DNA of 64,000 nucleotides from Anthoceros angustus. Taxonomy: Eukaryota; Plantae; Anthocerotophyta. Within the stretch, counting starts at the first letter, position 1; every line of letters starts with the position of its first letter. Below, piece by piece: positions 37,901 to 49,199 of this stretch. Where the stretch lies: the NCBI GenBank assembly GCA_010909165.1, contig VJWM01000234.1, forward strand, positions 124,001 to 188,000, written 5' to 3'. A program made the translations under genes and the position numbers. Under the pieces are notes generated by a model. That model was not told the DNA's origin, ran no database searches, and saw nothing but the letters and a program-made list of their open reading frames with translations.

Positions 37901-38520
37901 CACCGTGACCACCATCAAACAATCCCTGGCAACAGTGGTGGTCCATGCCAGCTTGAGGGATGAGGACTCGAATTGGATCGGGAGGTAGATGGGCTCCCCT
38001 CAATGGCTGCGATAGATGCAAATTCCGGGTGTGAGGCACACCGCATGTTTGGTGACGCCAAGTGTCGACGCCTGTAGAGCCTACATGGGCGGTGCAATAA
38101 AGACTTAACAAGCTACCGACGCCTCTTCCAAAAGTGGGAAAAGCGGTAACCACAACAAACCTTCATGTGGAGGACTCCTATTGCCGAATATGTGAACTTG
38201 GAGGAGCGTTCAAGATAGCGAGCCTCTTCCTCTGGACCATGTCTCCATTTCTTTGGAATTGCGAGGGGCCGTCCTCCACTTGAACCTCCGCGCTGTGCAT
38301 GGTTGCAAGTTGCATATCGTATCATGAATGGTATGCGGGGAAAAGACAATGGCGAAACAAGACCAACCTCATCTCCAGCGCGTGCGTCAAATGCAACATC
38401 GCACGCACTTATCGCAATGCGCAAGGAAGGAAAGCACAAGACTTTGCAGCAGAGGTAGTGGCTAGCGATATCGCCTCCCTGCTTTGCTATATGGCGTGGA
38501 CGGCCTCGCATCCCGAGTGC
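34970..38520 (-). CDS. DDD/E transposase, Sola/DUF7869-like (frameshifted)
   Basis: FPRVKIPKSNRFSTCSLC (~37260-37210), SIDGMDQ (36475-36455), DANLTIT, LYLQLDN-CRENKN (~36248-36208), frameshift-corrected LLVGH-HDQIDQMFS (~36140-36100), C-terminal RPFWIGKV. Start uncertain. Confidence 0.75.
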
Positions 38521-39022
38521 CACCGCCTAAGAGGTTGATGGGATTGCCTCAAATAAGTGCGGGACAATGAAGTGGTTGACGGCGTGTACGTGATTGTAAC
38601 GGAAAATCCAAGCATAAGCAGCCACCGGGCGAAAAGTTGATGGGGCGGTAAAATAGTAAGCTCGGTCAAAATTGAGTTTAAGGTAGCGGGTTATTTTAGA
38701 AAACACGGTTATGAAAACCATTTGGGGTTATGGAAGAAAACCCTACTTTTACACGCCGCTTAACTTCTCGTTAAGGCCTCCTCTTTGAACTTAAGTTCAA
38801 GGCACTTTGCCGCCGGTATGTCCGTGTTCGAGCGCACCCACCGCCAGATCGCCGAGTGAGTGAGCACACACCGCCCGTACCGCAGCTCGTTGGAGCGCAA
38901 CTCACTGCGGATGCGCAAGCTCAGCTAAGCGGCGCCAAGCTCGAGAGGCAAAGGATCTCTTGAGTTAGCGGTCAGGCTTTGTGCATCTCTTTGTGATTAC
39001 GGAGGTTGAATTGCAGAGATTG

Positions 39023-42000
39023 AAGATGGCAAGGAGGAGCAAGAAGGACCAGCCTTTGGAGGAATATGACCGCCCGCCATGCGAAGCCCAAGAAGGCGAG
39101 GAGGCTCAAAGGCGAGGCACCCGCGCCCACGGCGGACATCGGGAGGCACCTCCATCCGTGTCGCCGGAGACATCTTGCCATCCGCCATGCTCCAACAATG
39201 AGGGGAGGGGCATTCTTGGGCAAAACGCAGCGATCCTCCGCCAAAATCAGTTCCACAAAGGTTGGAGAGCAAGGGACGAAGAAGGTTGGTAAGAGCGAAA
39301 CAACCTATTCCACCGATTCCTCAACCTATGAGAGAGTCCATATCAGCGTATCCGGGCAGCTCGACAATGTTGTGGTTGTGGAGAAGGATGCTGTGATCCA
39401 CAACCCATCGACCGCAATGCGCCATGGACCCTTTGTTGAAGTTGTGGATCATGGGATATAGGGGGCTCGCCAAATCAGAGCAAGAGCGGGTTGTTTTGGG
39501 CTACTTTGGACTTCAATGAAGGGAGCGAGTTCACTTTTTGTGCACCACAAAGGCATACCAAGATGAGGAAGTTTCCGGGATCCGCTTTATACAAGTCTCT
39601 TGTTCTTAGCAAAGGGTTTCATTGGAAGAAGTGTGCACCTCGTGGCCTTGTTGAAGATTTCCGCGATTCCATGCGGAGGCAGTATTGCCTTGCATTCCTT
39701 CGTAGCTTCTTCACATGTGAGAGTCATTGTGGATATTCCTACCATCTTCCGTGCACCACTAGTTGCGAGGGCACTCATACGAGCTATGCGAAAAGATTAC
39801 ACAAACTATGAGGGCAAGAGGGAAATGTCTATGCCGAGCCCAAGCCTCCATACAGAACTGTGATGTGGTGGAAGGTATGGAAGAAGATCATGGAGAGTGA
39901 GCTTGGCCCATCGACGAGGAAGATGGGCTTTACCATTGGTCAAGCGCATTTGCACAAGGATCCGGGGCGTGAATCGGACAGAGATGCCGAGGACCTTCCC
40001 AATCTCTAACTCCGACTCCTATGGTTCCCACCATGCAATATGACCCGGATGGCAAGGCGGCCGGCCGCGCCCTAGTCATGTCAGTTCCCCAAGAGCGCCA
40101 ACGCCGATCCGGACGGTTTATAAGATTCAAAGGAAGGTGGTTTGGGGCGCGCCGGCCGGCGCCCTCGAATCCTCCACCACACAGGCAAGAGAGCAAGATG
40201 GCAGGGCAAGCAGTTCGTCCCGGAGAAAAGGACATGGCGGATGGGGATGTGGGTATGGAGGAAGAGGAGGGGCGCGGCCGGCGCCTCCTCAACCTTCATG
40301 CCCCAAACAGAGTGACCTCGAGTGGCGCGCAAGGGCAAGGGAAGTGCAGAAGCACCGCACGCTGGGACGGAGAATTGGGAAGGAAACCAAAAAGGCAAAG
40401 AAGGGTGGAAGAGAAGATGCCATAGGAGGGGACATAACCACGCTCATATTCAAACCGACGAGGAAAGGTTGGAAGAGGCTATGAGGGATGCGATCCATTG
40501 ACTCGCTTAAGGGATTATACTCAAGAAGGTGGTGCAGAAACGTTAGTGAAGTTGGAGAACTTGAGCCGGCAGATACATATTACCCGCACGCAGGGAGGGT
40601 TGATGAGGCTTGGGCAAACTATCTTGCCCGTGTTATAGCGAAAGGGCGGATAGAGGAGGGAGTTCCTTTTGTGTATGATTGATCCGAGCGATGATCCGCA
40701 TCGGATCGAAGCAATGGCGTGCAAAGAAGTATGTCATGGGAGTTCTTGGTGGTAACCACACCTACGCAGCTATGAAGCACTTATCGGATATCTCACCCGG
40801 AAAGAAGCGGTTCCAATATGTTGAAGCACATGTGTATTGTGGGCTTACTGTGCATGAGATGCGGGTGCTTGCAACAGATCACAATATGATGTCCGACAGA
40901 AGAAAGAAGATGAACTTTATAGAGCAAGTCAGGTATTTAAGGGACGAGTTGATCATCGCAAAGAGGGAAGAAGTGCAAATGACCATGTCCTGAAATACAA
41001 CTGCATAAAGTCCTAGGTTTGATTGAAGACGGCGAAGGGCGGAGGACGAGTGTACAAGCGTAACAAAGTGGACAATCGGACCCACATTCTGTATTGCTAA
41101 GGTGATGGGAAGGTGTGGAGAATGTGGACAAGATTTTTTCCAAATGGGAGGAGAGCCTAATGAAGAAACACGCTCGCAAGGAAAGGCAAGCGGTCATGGA
41201 TGACCCGCAAAGTTGATAGTGTATGTCAGAGCCAAGACATGTTGGAAATCTTTTCGTGAATACCATTGGAGAGTGTGGCCAAGAAAATCGATAAGCGCCA
41301 CCGAGAAGGTGTTAATGATGATAGATCCTAAGGGGATGGAGGAAGAGATCACATCGGAAAAAATTTCATATCATACAAGTAGCAATGGTGAAGCATCTGC
41401 GTCATTTGAAGAGGTGCGCGAGGAGTATCCTTTACATTCTACGGACAATATGCTAGCACGATTCCAAATTTCTCCGGAAAGGTATGTCCGCATCGTTTTT
41501 TCGTCATTAGGGGACCGGGATCGATGCGCCGGCCGGGCGCCGGCACCGCCCCGCCCTCGCATATGTTTCATGATGTTTTACCGTCATGCCCACTCATATG
41601 GTTTAGGCCGCCAGCCGCCTTCAATCCAACGCGAAAAAATGAGGGCCGCCGGCCCCTCTCCAATGACTAACGACTTTCGCAGCAATTGAAAGACATCAAG
41701 TCGACAAAACTCCCAGACTTCCAAAGATTTTATTTTCGAGATAAACAATTGGAAAGGGGCTTGAAGACGAGCTACAGATTAGCGACAAGGACCGGAGGAA
41801 GGTCTTGAGGTTTTCAAGGCCCATCAACAGAGTACAACAATACCAAATCGAAAGTCGTGATGTACAAGATATGGTTTTGTAAGGCAAGACACACTTCGTC
41901 ATGGATGTGCCCCGAGGTTTTAACATTGGACCTATGGACAAGAGGGTGGATAAGCAATGATGGATTCTGCCTTCCAAAGCTTTTGAGAAGACCACTAGCG

Positions 42001-42770
42001 ATGAACCGAGGATGATTGTGATGCATGGAGTGGAGGAGGCACATACGCTAGAGAATCAATGCGAAAGTGGAGGAAAGGGGCTTGGTGTCGCTCGTATGGG
42101 ACAAGACAAACATGAACAATGTGGGTGGATTTGAGACTGTGGAATACATAACTATCTGGATGGGAAGGATGGGAGCAAAGGAGAATCAATGCTACCAAAT
42201 GCTATGCATGGAACATTCAACAATGGAAGGTCCGGCTCTCATGACACGCTTGTCAAAAACAGTTTACATGTCACATGACAAGTTGGTGGTCCGCCTTACC
42301 GAGACCACTAGGGTTGATGACGAGACTTATTACAACCTTCTCCAAAGAGGGAGATTGGGTTCGGATGCATGCTCGGGAGCGGCACAACTCAGTTACTTGT
42401 GAAGGAGTTGTATCGCCATCGACTTGAGATGTGCGGTTATATTTCACAAAGAATTCATGGATTTGAGGTGCTGCAGTTGAGGAGTTGAATTTTGAAGCCC
42501 ACCGAGAGGACTTGACGCCTGGGCAAAGGAGGTTTGCATTAGCGAAGGACTCCTTGAAAGCACAAGTGGTTTCTTTGAGTGCCCGTCGGAATAAGAGCAG
42601 ATGGCGATTTGTTGGAGGCTGGCCAACAAACACTCGAGAACGCTGGGCGCGCGTATGGTAATGATGAAGACAGATGGGAACGAGGACTCGAGGGCTTTGG
42701 TTGAAGTCGACACTTTCGATGAGGAAGAACTTGAGCGGATACGAACTTGTAGTTTATGATTCGGTGTCAC
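39023..42770 (+). CDS. ParB-like domain plus beta-class N6A/N4C DNA methyltransferase domain (one fusion or two ORFs; frameshifted)
   Basis: VLGGNHTYAAMKHL...LATDHN (~40740-40885); MDVPRGFN (41901-41924); LVWDKTN...VEYI (~42091-42150); RPLGLMTRLITTFSKEGDWV(L)DACS(G)SGTT (42302-42389); CIAID (42409-42423). Outer limits approximate. Confidence 0.8.
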
Positions 42771-43140
42771 GCAAGCACCGTTGAGTCGTTAGCCTGACGT
42801 GTAGACGTTTGTAGTGTGAACTTGTATGTGCTAGTGGTCAATTTTGGCGGAACCTGTGGGATGGTCTCCAACTTGCGAGATGACGTGCACATACCTAGTT
42901 TTGTTGTGTTATTACTAGGCCTTTGTCAATGTGGAAATGGATCATCGCACAAAACAAACTACTTTTGAGGACTGCGCCGGCCCCGCCCCTTGACCCTTCC
43001 TTCCGGTTTTGTTGTTTCACAACCGCGATTCAACAGAGGAATCATTGTCCATGGTATGGGACACCTGGAAACCCGAAAAAACACGGTTTTTGGAACCATG
43101 TGTTATTAGTGAAGGAGGTTTCGTTCAACCAAAAGGGGGT

Positions 43141-43174
43141 TCGGATATTCACCCCCTTCACTGAATAGCATGTT
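43141..43174 (-). repeat. Right TIR
   Basis: Reverse complement AACATGCTATTCAGTGAAGGGGGTGAATATCCGA. Confidence 0.93.
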
Positions 43175-44200
43175 TTAGGGGCTCACCTCCACAACAGAAT
43201 TTTGAAGGTCAACAACGAAGTCTTACGTTTGGCCAAGACGAGGACAATAGGTCCTCATGATGATGACCGGAAGGAGCTGCAACAGGTGCAGCTGGAGGCC
43301 TCAGATTTTGATGAGGCCACAAGTGACATGGACTCAAGAGTCGGGAGCCTGAGAGGAGAAGAGACCGCGCGCCCAAAGGGCGAAGTGGGCGAGAGCAAGG
43401 AGGGGGACAGCCGCCTCCGGGGTCACCACCTGTGATGACCCCTACCACGGTAGGTGACCACCACCACGGGAGATCTACCACGGTAGTCCGCCAGACTACT
43501 GGTAGACACCACCACGCCGGTAGTCCGCTGCATCACCGCAGGTGTGGCGCGGAGCCCTGGGGAGTTGGGCCACGGAGGCTTGGCTGTGAATGAAGAAGCC
43601 GGGGGGTCCGGTAGTATACCCCCTGGAGAAGAAGGCGAGGTGGTGGGAGAAACAGCCCCACCGGAGGAGATCAAGGGCGGAGTCAGATCCGCCGAGGAAG
43701 GGAGAGGCGTGAGAAGTTCCCTCACCCCACGAATAAGGGAAGAGCCAGGGCCAGGAGAGGAGACCAACGCTAAGAAGGCCCGGAGGAGTTAGTGGAGGCA
43801 TCGGCCAACAACTGGGGGAAGAAGACTCTTTGAGAATGCTCCATGATAGGTATGGACAAACCAAACAGAGGAAAGGAGCAAGAGGATTCCAAACCAAGGG
43901 CACCGATGGAGAGAAGAAGAGATGGGGACCGACTACCATGGTAAGTCACTACCCCGTAGTCCGCATCACCGCGGTATGTCGAGGGAAGGAGCGCCAGGAG
44001 GCGAGGTCGAGAGAAGGGCGCCCCGAGTGCGGAGGGGGGCGATGATGATGAGAGTCAAGGCGCCGCCCGCATGGAGTTGGAGGAAGGGGCAATTGTACTT
44101 GCCCCACACATTAGGAAGACGATGATCTGGGGAAGCAGAGCAAAAGGAGGGCGAGGGAGCCAATCCAAGGACACGCCACCCCAAATGGTGAGACTAGGTA
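43175..44200 (+). CDS. Gypsy accessory ORF2, 3' part
   Basis: In frame with 33487-34111 after removal of the transposon; then low-complexity Pro/Glu-rich sequence. End approximate. Confidence 0.6.
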
Positions 44201-44239
44201 TGGTCAAAGACCATCCATAAGAGGAAGAATAGAAGGATA

Positions 44240-45212
44240 GTGGTGTAGATCGACATCCTTTAAGGATGATCTTAGGTGAAGTTGCTAGAATAGAATTTAC
44301 CAAGGATCGTGAGACTTAGATGCTAGCCTTAAATGTCAAGTGTAGGAAATAATAAAATATTGGAAAAGGTGACCCAGAGGGTCACACCAAGGGAGGTTGT
44401 ATGTGGAAGGCCTCCTATAAGAGGAGGAGGATTTCACAAAGTAAAGTATCATGTCTTGCGCCCATACCAGTCCTTTGCTCGTAAAGGAATGCGGGTCAGG
44501 AGCCAACGTCTGGTAGAGAGGAAGTCGCTGGTCGGAGTGCGGAGGACTTGCTCCGCAAGTGCCTAAACGAGTTGCTTGTGAATGGTTGCGTGAAATTGCT
44601 TTGCTTTGGGTGTGTGGCAATGCCTGTGGAACTCTCGGCTTGAGGGTAGACTATAGGAAAGACTCGGAGGTTCTCGCCCGTGTCAAACTCAGCAACCGCC
44701 CAAGGAAGAACTTGCCGGTGGAGGCCGACTGTGCCAGCTGAAGGGCCAGGCCAAGAAGCCCGAACTGAGGTTAGAATAGGAGGAGGATGAGGAGATGAGT
44801 AGAGGATTAGAGTGTAGGACATAGTGGAAGGCCACAGGCAGAGCCTAAGGGACGAATCCCAAATCTGCAAGTAAGAGGGCGCTCCCTGAGTGGAGAAGAT
44901 TGGTCTTAGAAGTAGGGACGAAATTGTGTGGACTGGGGTCCTGGGCACCCGTGATAGGCTCGCTAAGGCGTGACCGCAATTGTGTTGTCGTTGTAGGTCG
45001 AGGATTGGTGATTTTTCAAGCAAAGTGCGGTACCGCCGAGAGGGGAGAGAGGGCGCCTTGCTTGTTTAGAAGGCGAGAAGTGTCACCGCAGTAGCAATCT
45101 ATCACAAGACCTCGAACTTTCACGAGTCTCATGGGACGAAACCCAACATACGGGAAAGTGATAAGTGGCTGCCAGAGGGGAAGCCTCGGAGCCCCGGAGT
45201 TTTCCTCCCACA
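44240..45212 (+). repeat. 3' LTR of the Gypsy element (left boundary uncertain)
   Basis: Homologous to 24557-25250; ends CTCCCACA at 45212, the same terminus seen next to the PBS at 16032; followed by Copia gag sequence, not a PBS. Confidence 0.7.
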
Positions 45213-45259
45213 TTGGAGGTCGAGGCCATATTGGCGACTTTGAAGGGCGCCGAGGCTCA

Positions 45260-46132
45260 CCAGCCTTTCTTCTGCGGCAACAGTCCAAAGGCTCGAATCT
45301 GCACCGCTGTAACATTACTGCCGAACCACCTGTGCTTGGAGAAGGAAGGCGAGAAGGAGCCGGAGAAGGCGTTGAAGTGTCGCTCATCGTGGAGGACGAC
45401 GCCGCCGAGGTCGAACGCTGACGGCCTTTTACACCCAACATAACTCATTCACCACCATGCTCGCCGGGCGTGAACTGGAAGCCTCTTGAAGGAGAGCGCC
45501 TGCAATTTTGGAGATGGAATGTGTGCGGCCACCATCACTGATGAGCCTCGAATAGAGCCATTCCGAGAGGACACAATGCTTGAAAGTCAAGTGGAAGGGA
45601 GGCCGAGCTTGGACACAAACTTCGAATTTCGATAAGGGAGTACCTAAAGCAGCAAGCTGGGCCCGAAGATAACGAAACTTCCCAACATAAGTACCAATGC
45701 TCTCATTATGATGCATGCGTAAGGAATAAAATTCGTTACGCACTGTGACTAATGTCATAACATTGGTAGATTGAAAAATATCTACTAGCTGCCGCCAAGC
45801 CTCTGCAGCAGTAGTAGCCCCATCTGTATGATGTAGTGTGACTTTGTCAAGGCCTAAGGTGAAATAAGAATGTGAAGTGCAAGCTTGTCTTGTTTGATCC
45901 AAGAGTCGAGAGCAGCAGAGGGACCAGCAGGCCGTTGAATGGTACCATCCACTATGCCAAGCAAGTCACGAGTGTTGAGTATGGAACGCATACGCTTGGC
46001 CCATATCTCAACTTTTGTGCCGTCAAAACGGTCTTTTTCTTTGAATTCAGAAGAGACATTCATATAATTAATAATTGGTGTAGGTGGCATCGTCAAAGAA
46101 GAGGACGGCAATGCCATGGTTCTGATGATCAA
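45260..46132 (-). CDS. Copia gag (frameshifted)
   Basis: FKEKDRFDGTKVEIWAKRMRSIL...DLLGIVDG; TTAAEAWRQL..IF; LRMHHNESIGTYVGKF. Confidence 0.88.
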
Positions 46133-46259
46133 GCAGTAATATAATAATATAAAAGAAGGAACACCGGTTGTAAGTTATGACTGCAGCCGAGAGGGCTTCT
46201 AATATAGTAATATGAGAAAGCTTGATGAGCAGAAATATTATGAAAACAAAGATTAAAGT

Positions 46260-47411
46260 CAAATAGCCCAGTGAACTATGCCACGATCACTGGGAGCATA
46301 GATAGTAGCAAGGTGCTGAACCGCTTGCGCAGCAGAGGTCACTGATTCTGGAAGCTGGTTCAACTTGTCCCAAATGTGATGACACTCCAATTGGAATAGC
46401 TCTTGAGCTGTGGCACCTACAGATTCATACTAGTGTCGCTGAAAGGCTAGAGATTCAAATTGATCTCAAGTCCGAGGGGCTGAGGGAAACAGTTCTCGCT
46501 GATAATAAAATGCGGGCCAGAGGTAACGTCGGTGGCGATTTTAAAGTGTGCCCCGAGATCGGAAGAGAGGTACCAGCCAGGAACCGGAGATCCAAGAGGG
46601 CAGGATGTATGAAACCGGGCCGTTTACATCCCCATAAGAAACTTATGTGAGTTTCTGCCCCGAAAGAAACTTATTTAAGCTCGACCGGGCACTGCTTCGC
46701 CTCGTCGGGTGGCACAGACACGGCCACACACAGAATCGCTGCCGGGCGATCCGTGATCCGCGCCCGATCCGATCGATTCGGGATTCGGATTGGGCGACTG
46801 CCGCAGGAGGGGCGCCCTGCTGAGGTGACCCTGCTGGCTGGAGATCTGAGCCGGCGTCATCCCGGATAGCCACTGAACGACTGAATCTTCAACAAATCAA
46901 ATTTCACGATTGAAAAATCGAAGGTGTGTCTGCTGACTCGAGCCGCCGTGGCGCCTGTGCGCTGTAGATTGAGTAGTCATGTGCAGCAATTTCGTCGTGA
47001 GACTTCCATTCTGATCTGCATTGTTTTCCAACAATTTTTCCGATGCGATTAGCCGGAAATTCTCCAAATCTGGAAAACATGATGTTGTTAGAGAGGCCAG
47101 AGATCTTATAGCTGCTTCCCTTGAGATCTCATTTACAGATACATGATCATCCTTCCGAAAGTGCGAGAGAAAACCCGCAGCAGCAGCAATCTCTGCTTGA
47201 ACTTGAGCATAGGAAGTTGTCGATGGTAGAGGCGGAATGAGAGTTGCTTTTGATGCAATAGGTGAACTCCCCATGGCAGGTTGTTGAAAAATGTAGAATT
47301 CAGCCTATTATAGTTATGAGAACATCGAGGATGCACTCTACGTCTACTTCTCCTCTCTAATTCTCCATTTCTCCTTGCATGATAGCTCTTGTGATTGTTT
47401 CTTCTTGCCAT
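46260..47411 (-). CDS. Unknown ORF upstream of gag in the Copia leader (frameshifted)
   Basis: Overlapping ORFs 47411-47133 and 47274-46897, with open coding-like sequence down to ~46260. Confidence 0.4.
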
Positions 47412-47728
47412 GTTGTAACTTTATGTAAAACAATAAAGGAACAATATTTTGTGCAAGGAAGAATGAGTAGAGTGCTAGAGGGAATAAGAAGAAGAATGAG
47501 AGAGTGGCAATGAGCCATGAAACTTTAATGAATATAAAGGTTAATCATAGAAGAAGCCAAACTATTTTATTAGAAAAACATGTTTGGTTGAATATTCATA
47601 AGAGAAACTACGAATAAGTATAAAATAGCTTTATATTACAAATACCAAAGGCATAAGAAAGACGTTGCATATTAGAAGAACATCTAGATTCACATCATAA
47701 TGCATGATGAACTTAGTAATCAAACTTT

Positions 47729-47740
47729 GCTCTGATACCA
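47729..47740 (-). promoter_or_regulatory. Primer-binding site, tRNA-iMet
   Basis: Exact TGGTATCAGAGC on minus. Confidence 0.93.
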
Positions 47741-47929
47741 AGTTTGAGGTGCTTTGCGGAAGCGTTTGATCAAAGTTTAGTGCTTTACTAATTGATGCAA
47801 TTGATTACAAGAGGTGGGATTTTATAGCTCGGTCTCAAGAGTTGTACTCTTCAAAGACAAGATACCAAAGGGTATGACCACGGGTTACGCTAAGCTTAAC
47901 CATAACCAACGCAACTGCAGATTTAACTC

Positions 47930-49150
47930 CTCACCACCTCCGAGCCCCAAGCGAAGATGGGCAGGAGAAGGAGCCAGCGCCAAAGGGCTAAGGAGGGTGG
48001 AAGGTCCTACCAAACACTCAAGACCCGAGGTCCCTGATTGGGTCCGGAGACATTGGTCCGCCTCCTGATCGCAGATGGCGTCCCTAACGGACGAGAGATG
48101 CCCGCACCCACGACGACTTCGCCTCTCCGTGGCCGAGAGGAGACACGGGCGGTTCTGCAACGCCATGGACGATGCTCGGGGTCTCATGAACGCGGAGAAG
48201 ACCCAAGAAGTGGAGGCCACCAAGGCCACGGGATGGTGGAGCCCAGTGGACAGTGGAGGCGCCCAAGCGCCAAGAGGAAGGCGGAGACCGCAAGAGTCGA
48301 GGAGGAGAAGCGCAGGCGGAGTCGGGCGTAGGGTCCGCCAACAAGACTGGCCAGATCCTCTACCGTGGTGAACAATCAAGCAAGCACAGGAGGCACGGGC
48401 AAAGGCGGAGGACCTTTGCAAACGGAGGGAAGCAGCCTGTGAGTTGGAGGAAGCCTCAAGGCAAAGTGAAGGGCTAGGACCCGCCGAGACGGCTCGGCAG
48501 GAGCAACACCAAGCCTTGGAGGCTCAGGTAAATGTGGCGCGGGAGGCCGAGGCCGCGGCTAAGACAGATAGGGATCACTACCGCCGAGATCGAAACCGGT
48601 GGAGGGAGACAATGGGTAGCCAGGCCAATCAAGGCCGAGCAGTGGCGGCAGAGCGGTACTGCAAGCCGTGAAGAAGAAGCAAAGCACCCGTGAGATAGAC
48701 AAATGTGGGCATGCTGGAAGGAGCGGAGGAGCGCGCTGGAGCCGGAGGATCGCAGGAGACCCCTGAGTCACAGTCCAAGACACGTGGAACGACATGGAAT
48801 TCTCAAAGGGAGAATCATGGACCACGAGCAGAGATCGAGCGCCCAGCTGGAGGGGGGAGGAGAGCCGACGGCAAACCAAGGAGATGGACATCGCCGAGTT
48901 GAGAAGGAGCCGAAGAAGCAGGCCAGCTGAGGTGCCGGACCGCTTTGGGAGGGAGATGGTATCGCTGCGGCACATAGGATGCTGATGATGTGATGATTGT
49001 GATGCGACGGTGTGTGTCTCGGGTCATGAGCGATGTTCATAGGCATTGATGACATATGCTCGCGCATGGGCATGGATGATGGGAACACATAAACCCATCT
49101 CCGCTTATGAACGGAGCGTGACAACAGCCTAAGCATGAAAGGCCGAATCA
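47930..49150 (+). other. Coiled-coil, Glu/Arg-rich coding fragment, probably the accessory ORF of another Gypsy copy
   Basis: QALEAQVNVAREAEAAAKTDRDHYRRDRNRW; composition like 33487-34111. No direct alignment made. Confidence 0.35.
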
Positions 49151-49199
49151 GAATCACGCAAGAAGATCACGATCCCCGCCGGATTACGGACGGCACCGC

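Larger units (their letters stand above)
34112..43174. mobile_element. 9,063-bp TIR DNA transposon carrying a transposase and a ParB-like/DNA methyltransferase gene
   Basis: 34-bp TIRs (30/34 identical), TTAG at 34108-34111 and 43175-43178; the empty site restores QYHSL-GAHLHNRILKVNNE in frame. Confidence 0.93.
45213..47930 (-). mobile_element. 5' portion of a Copia element, cut after gag by the Gypsy LTR
   Basis: PBS 47729-47740, LTR-like sequence from 47745 with TATAAAA on minus (~47820-47826), gag 46132-45260. Right boundary approximate. Confidence 0.82.

Noticed and set aside
34530-42990. About ten CCGGCC/GGCCGG-rich patches inside the transposon as possible MTase target sites
   Set aside because: Only modestly above rough chance expectation, similar patches occur outside the element, and they coincide with garbled sequence.
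43108-43140. Alternative transposon ends using the inner TGAAGG copies
   Set aside because: Only 34112/43174 gives both a matching TSD and in-frame restoration of the interrupted ORF.
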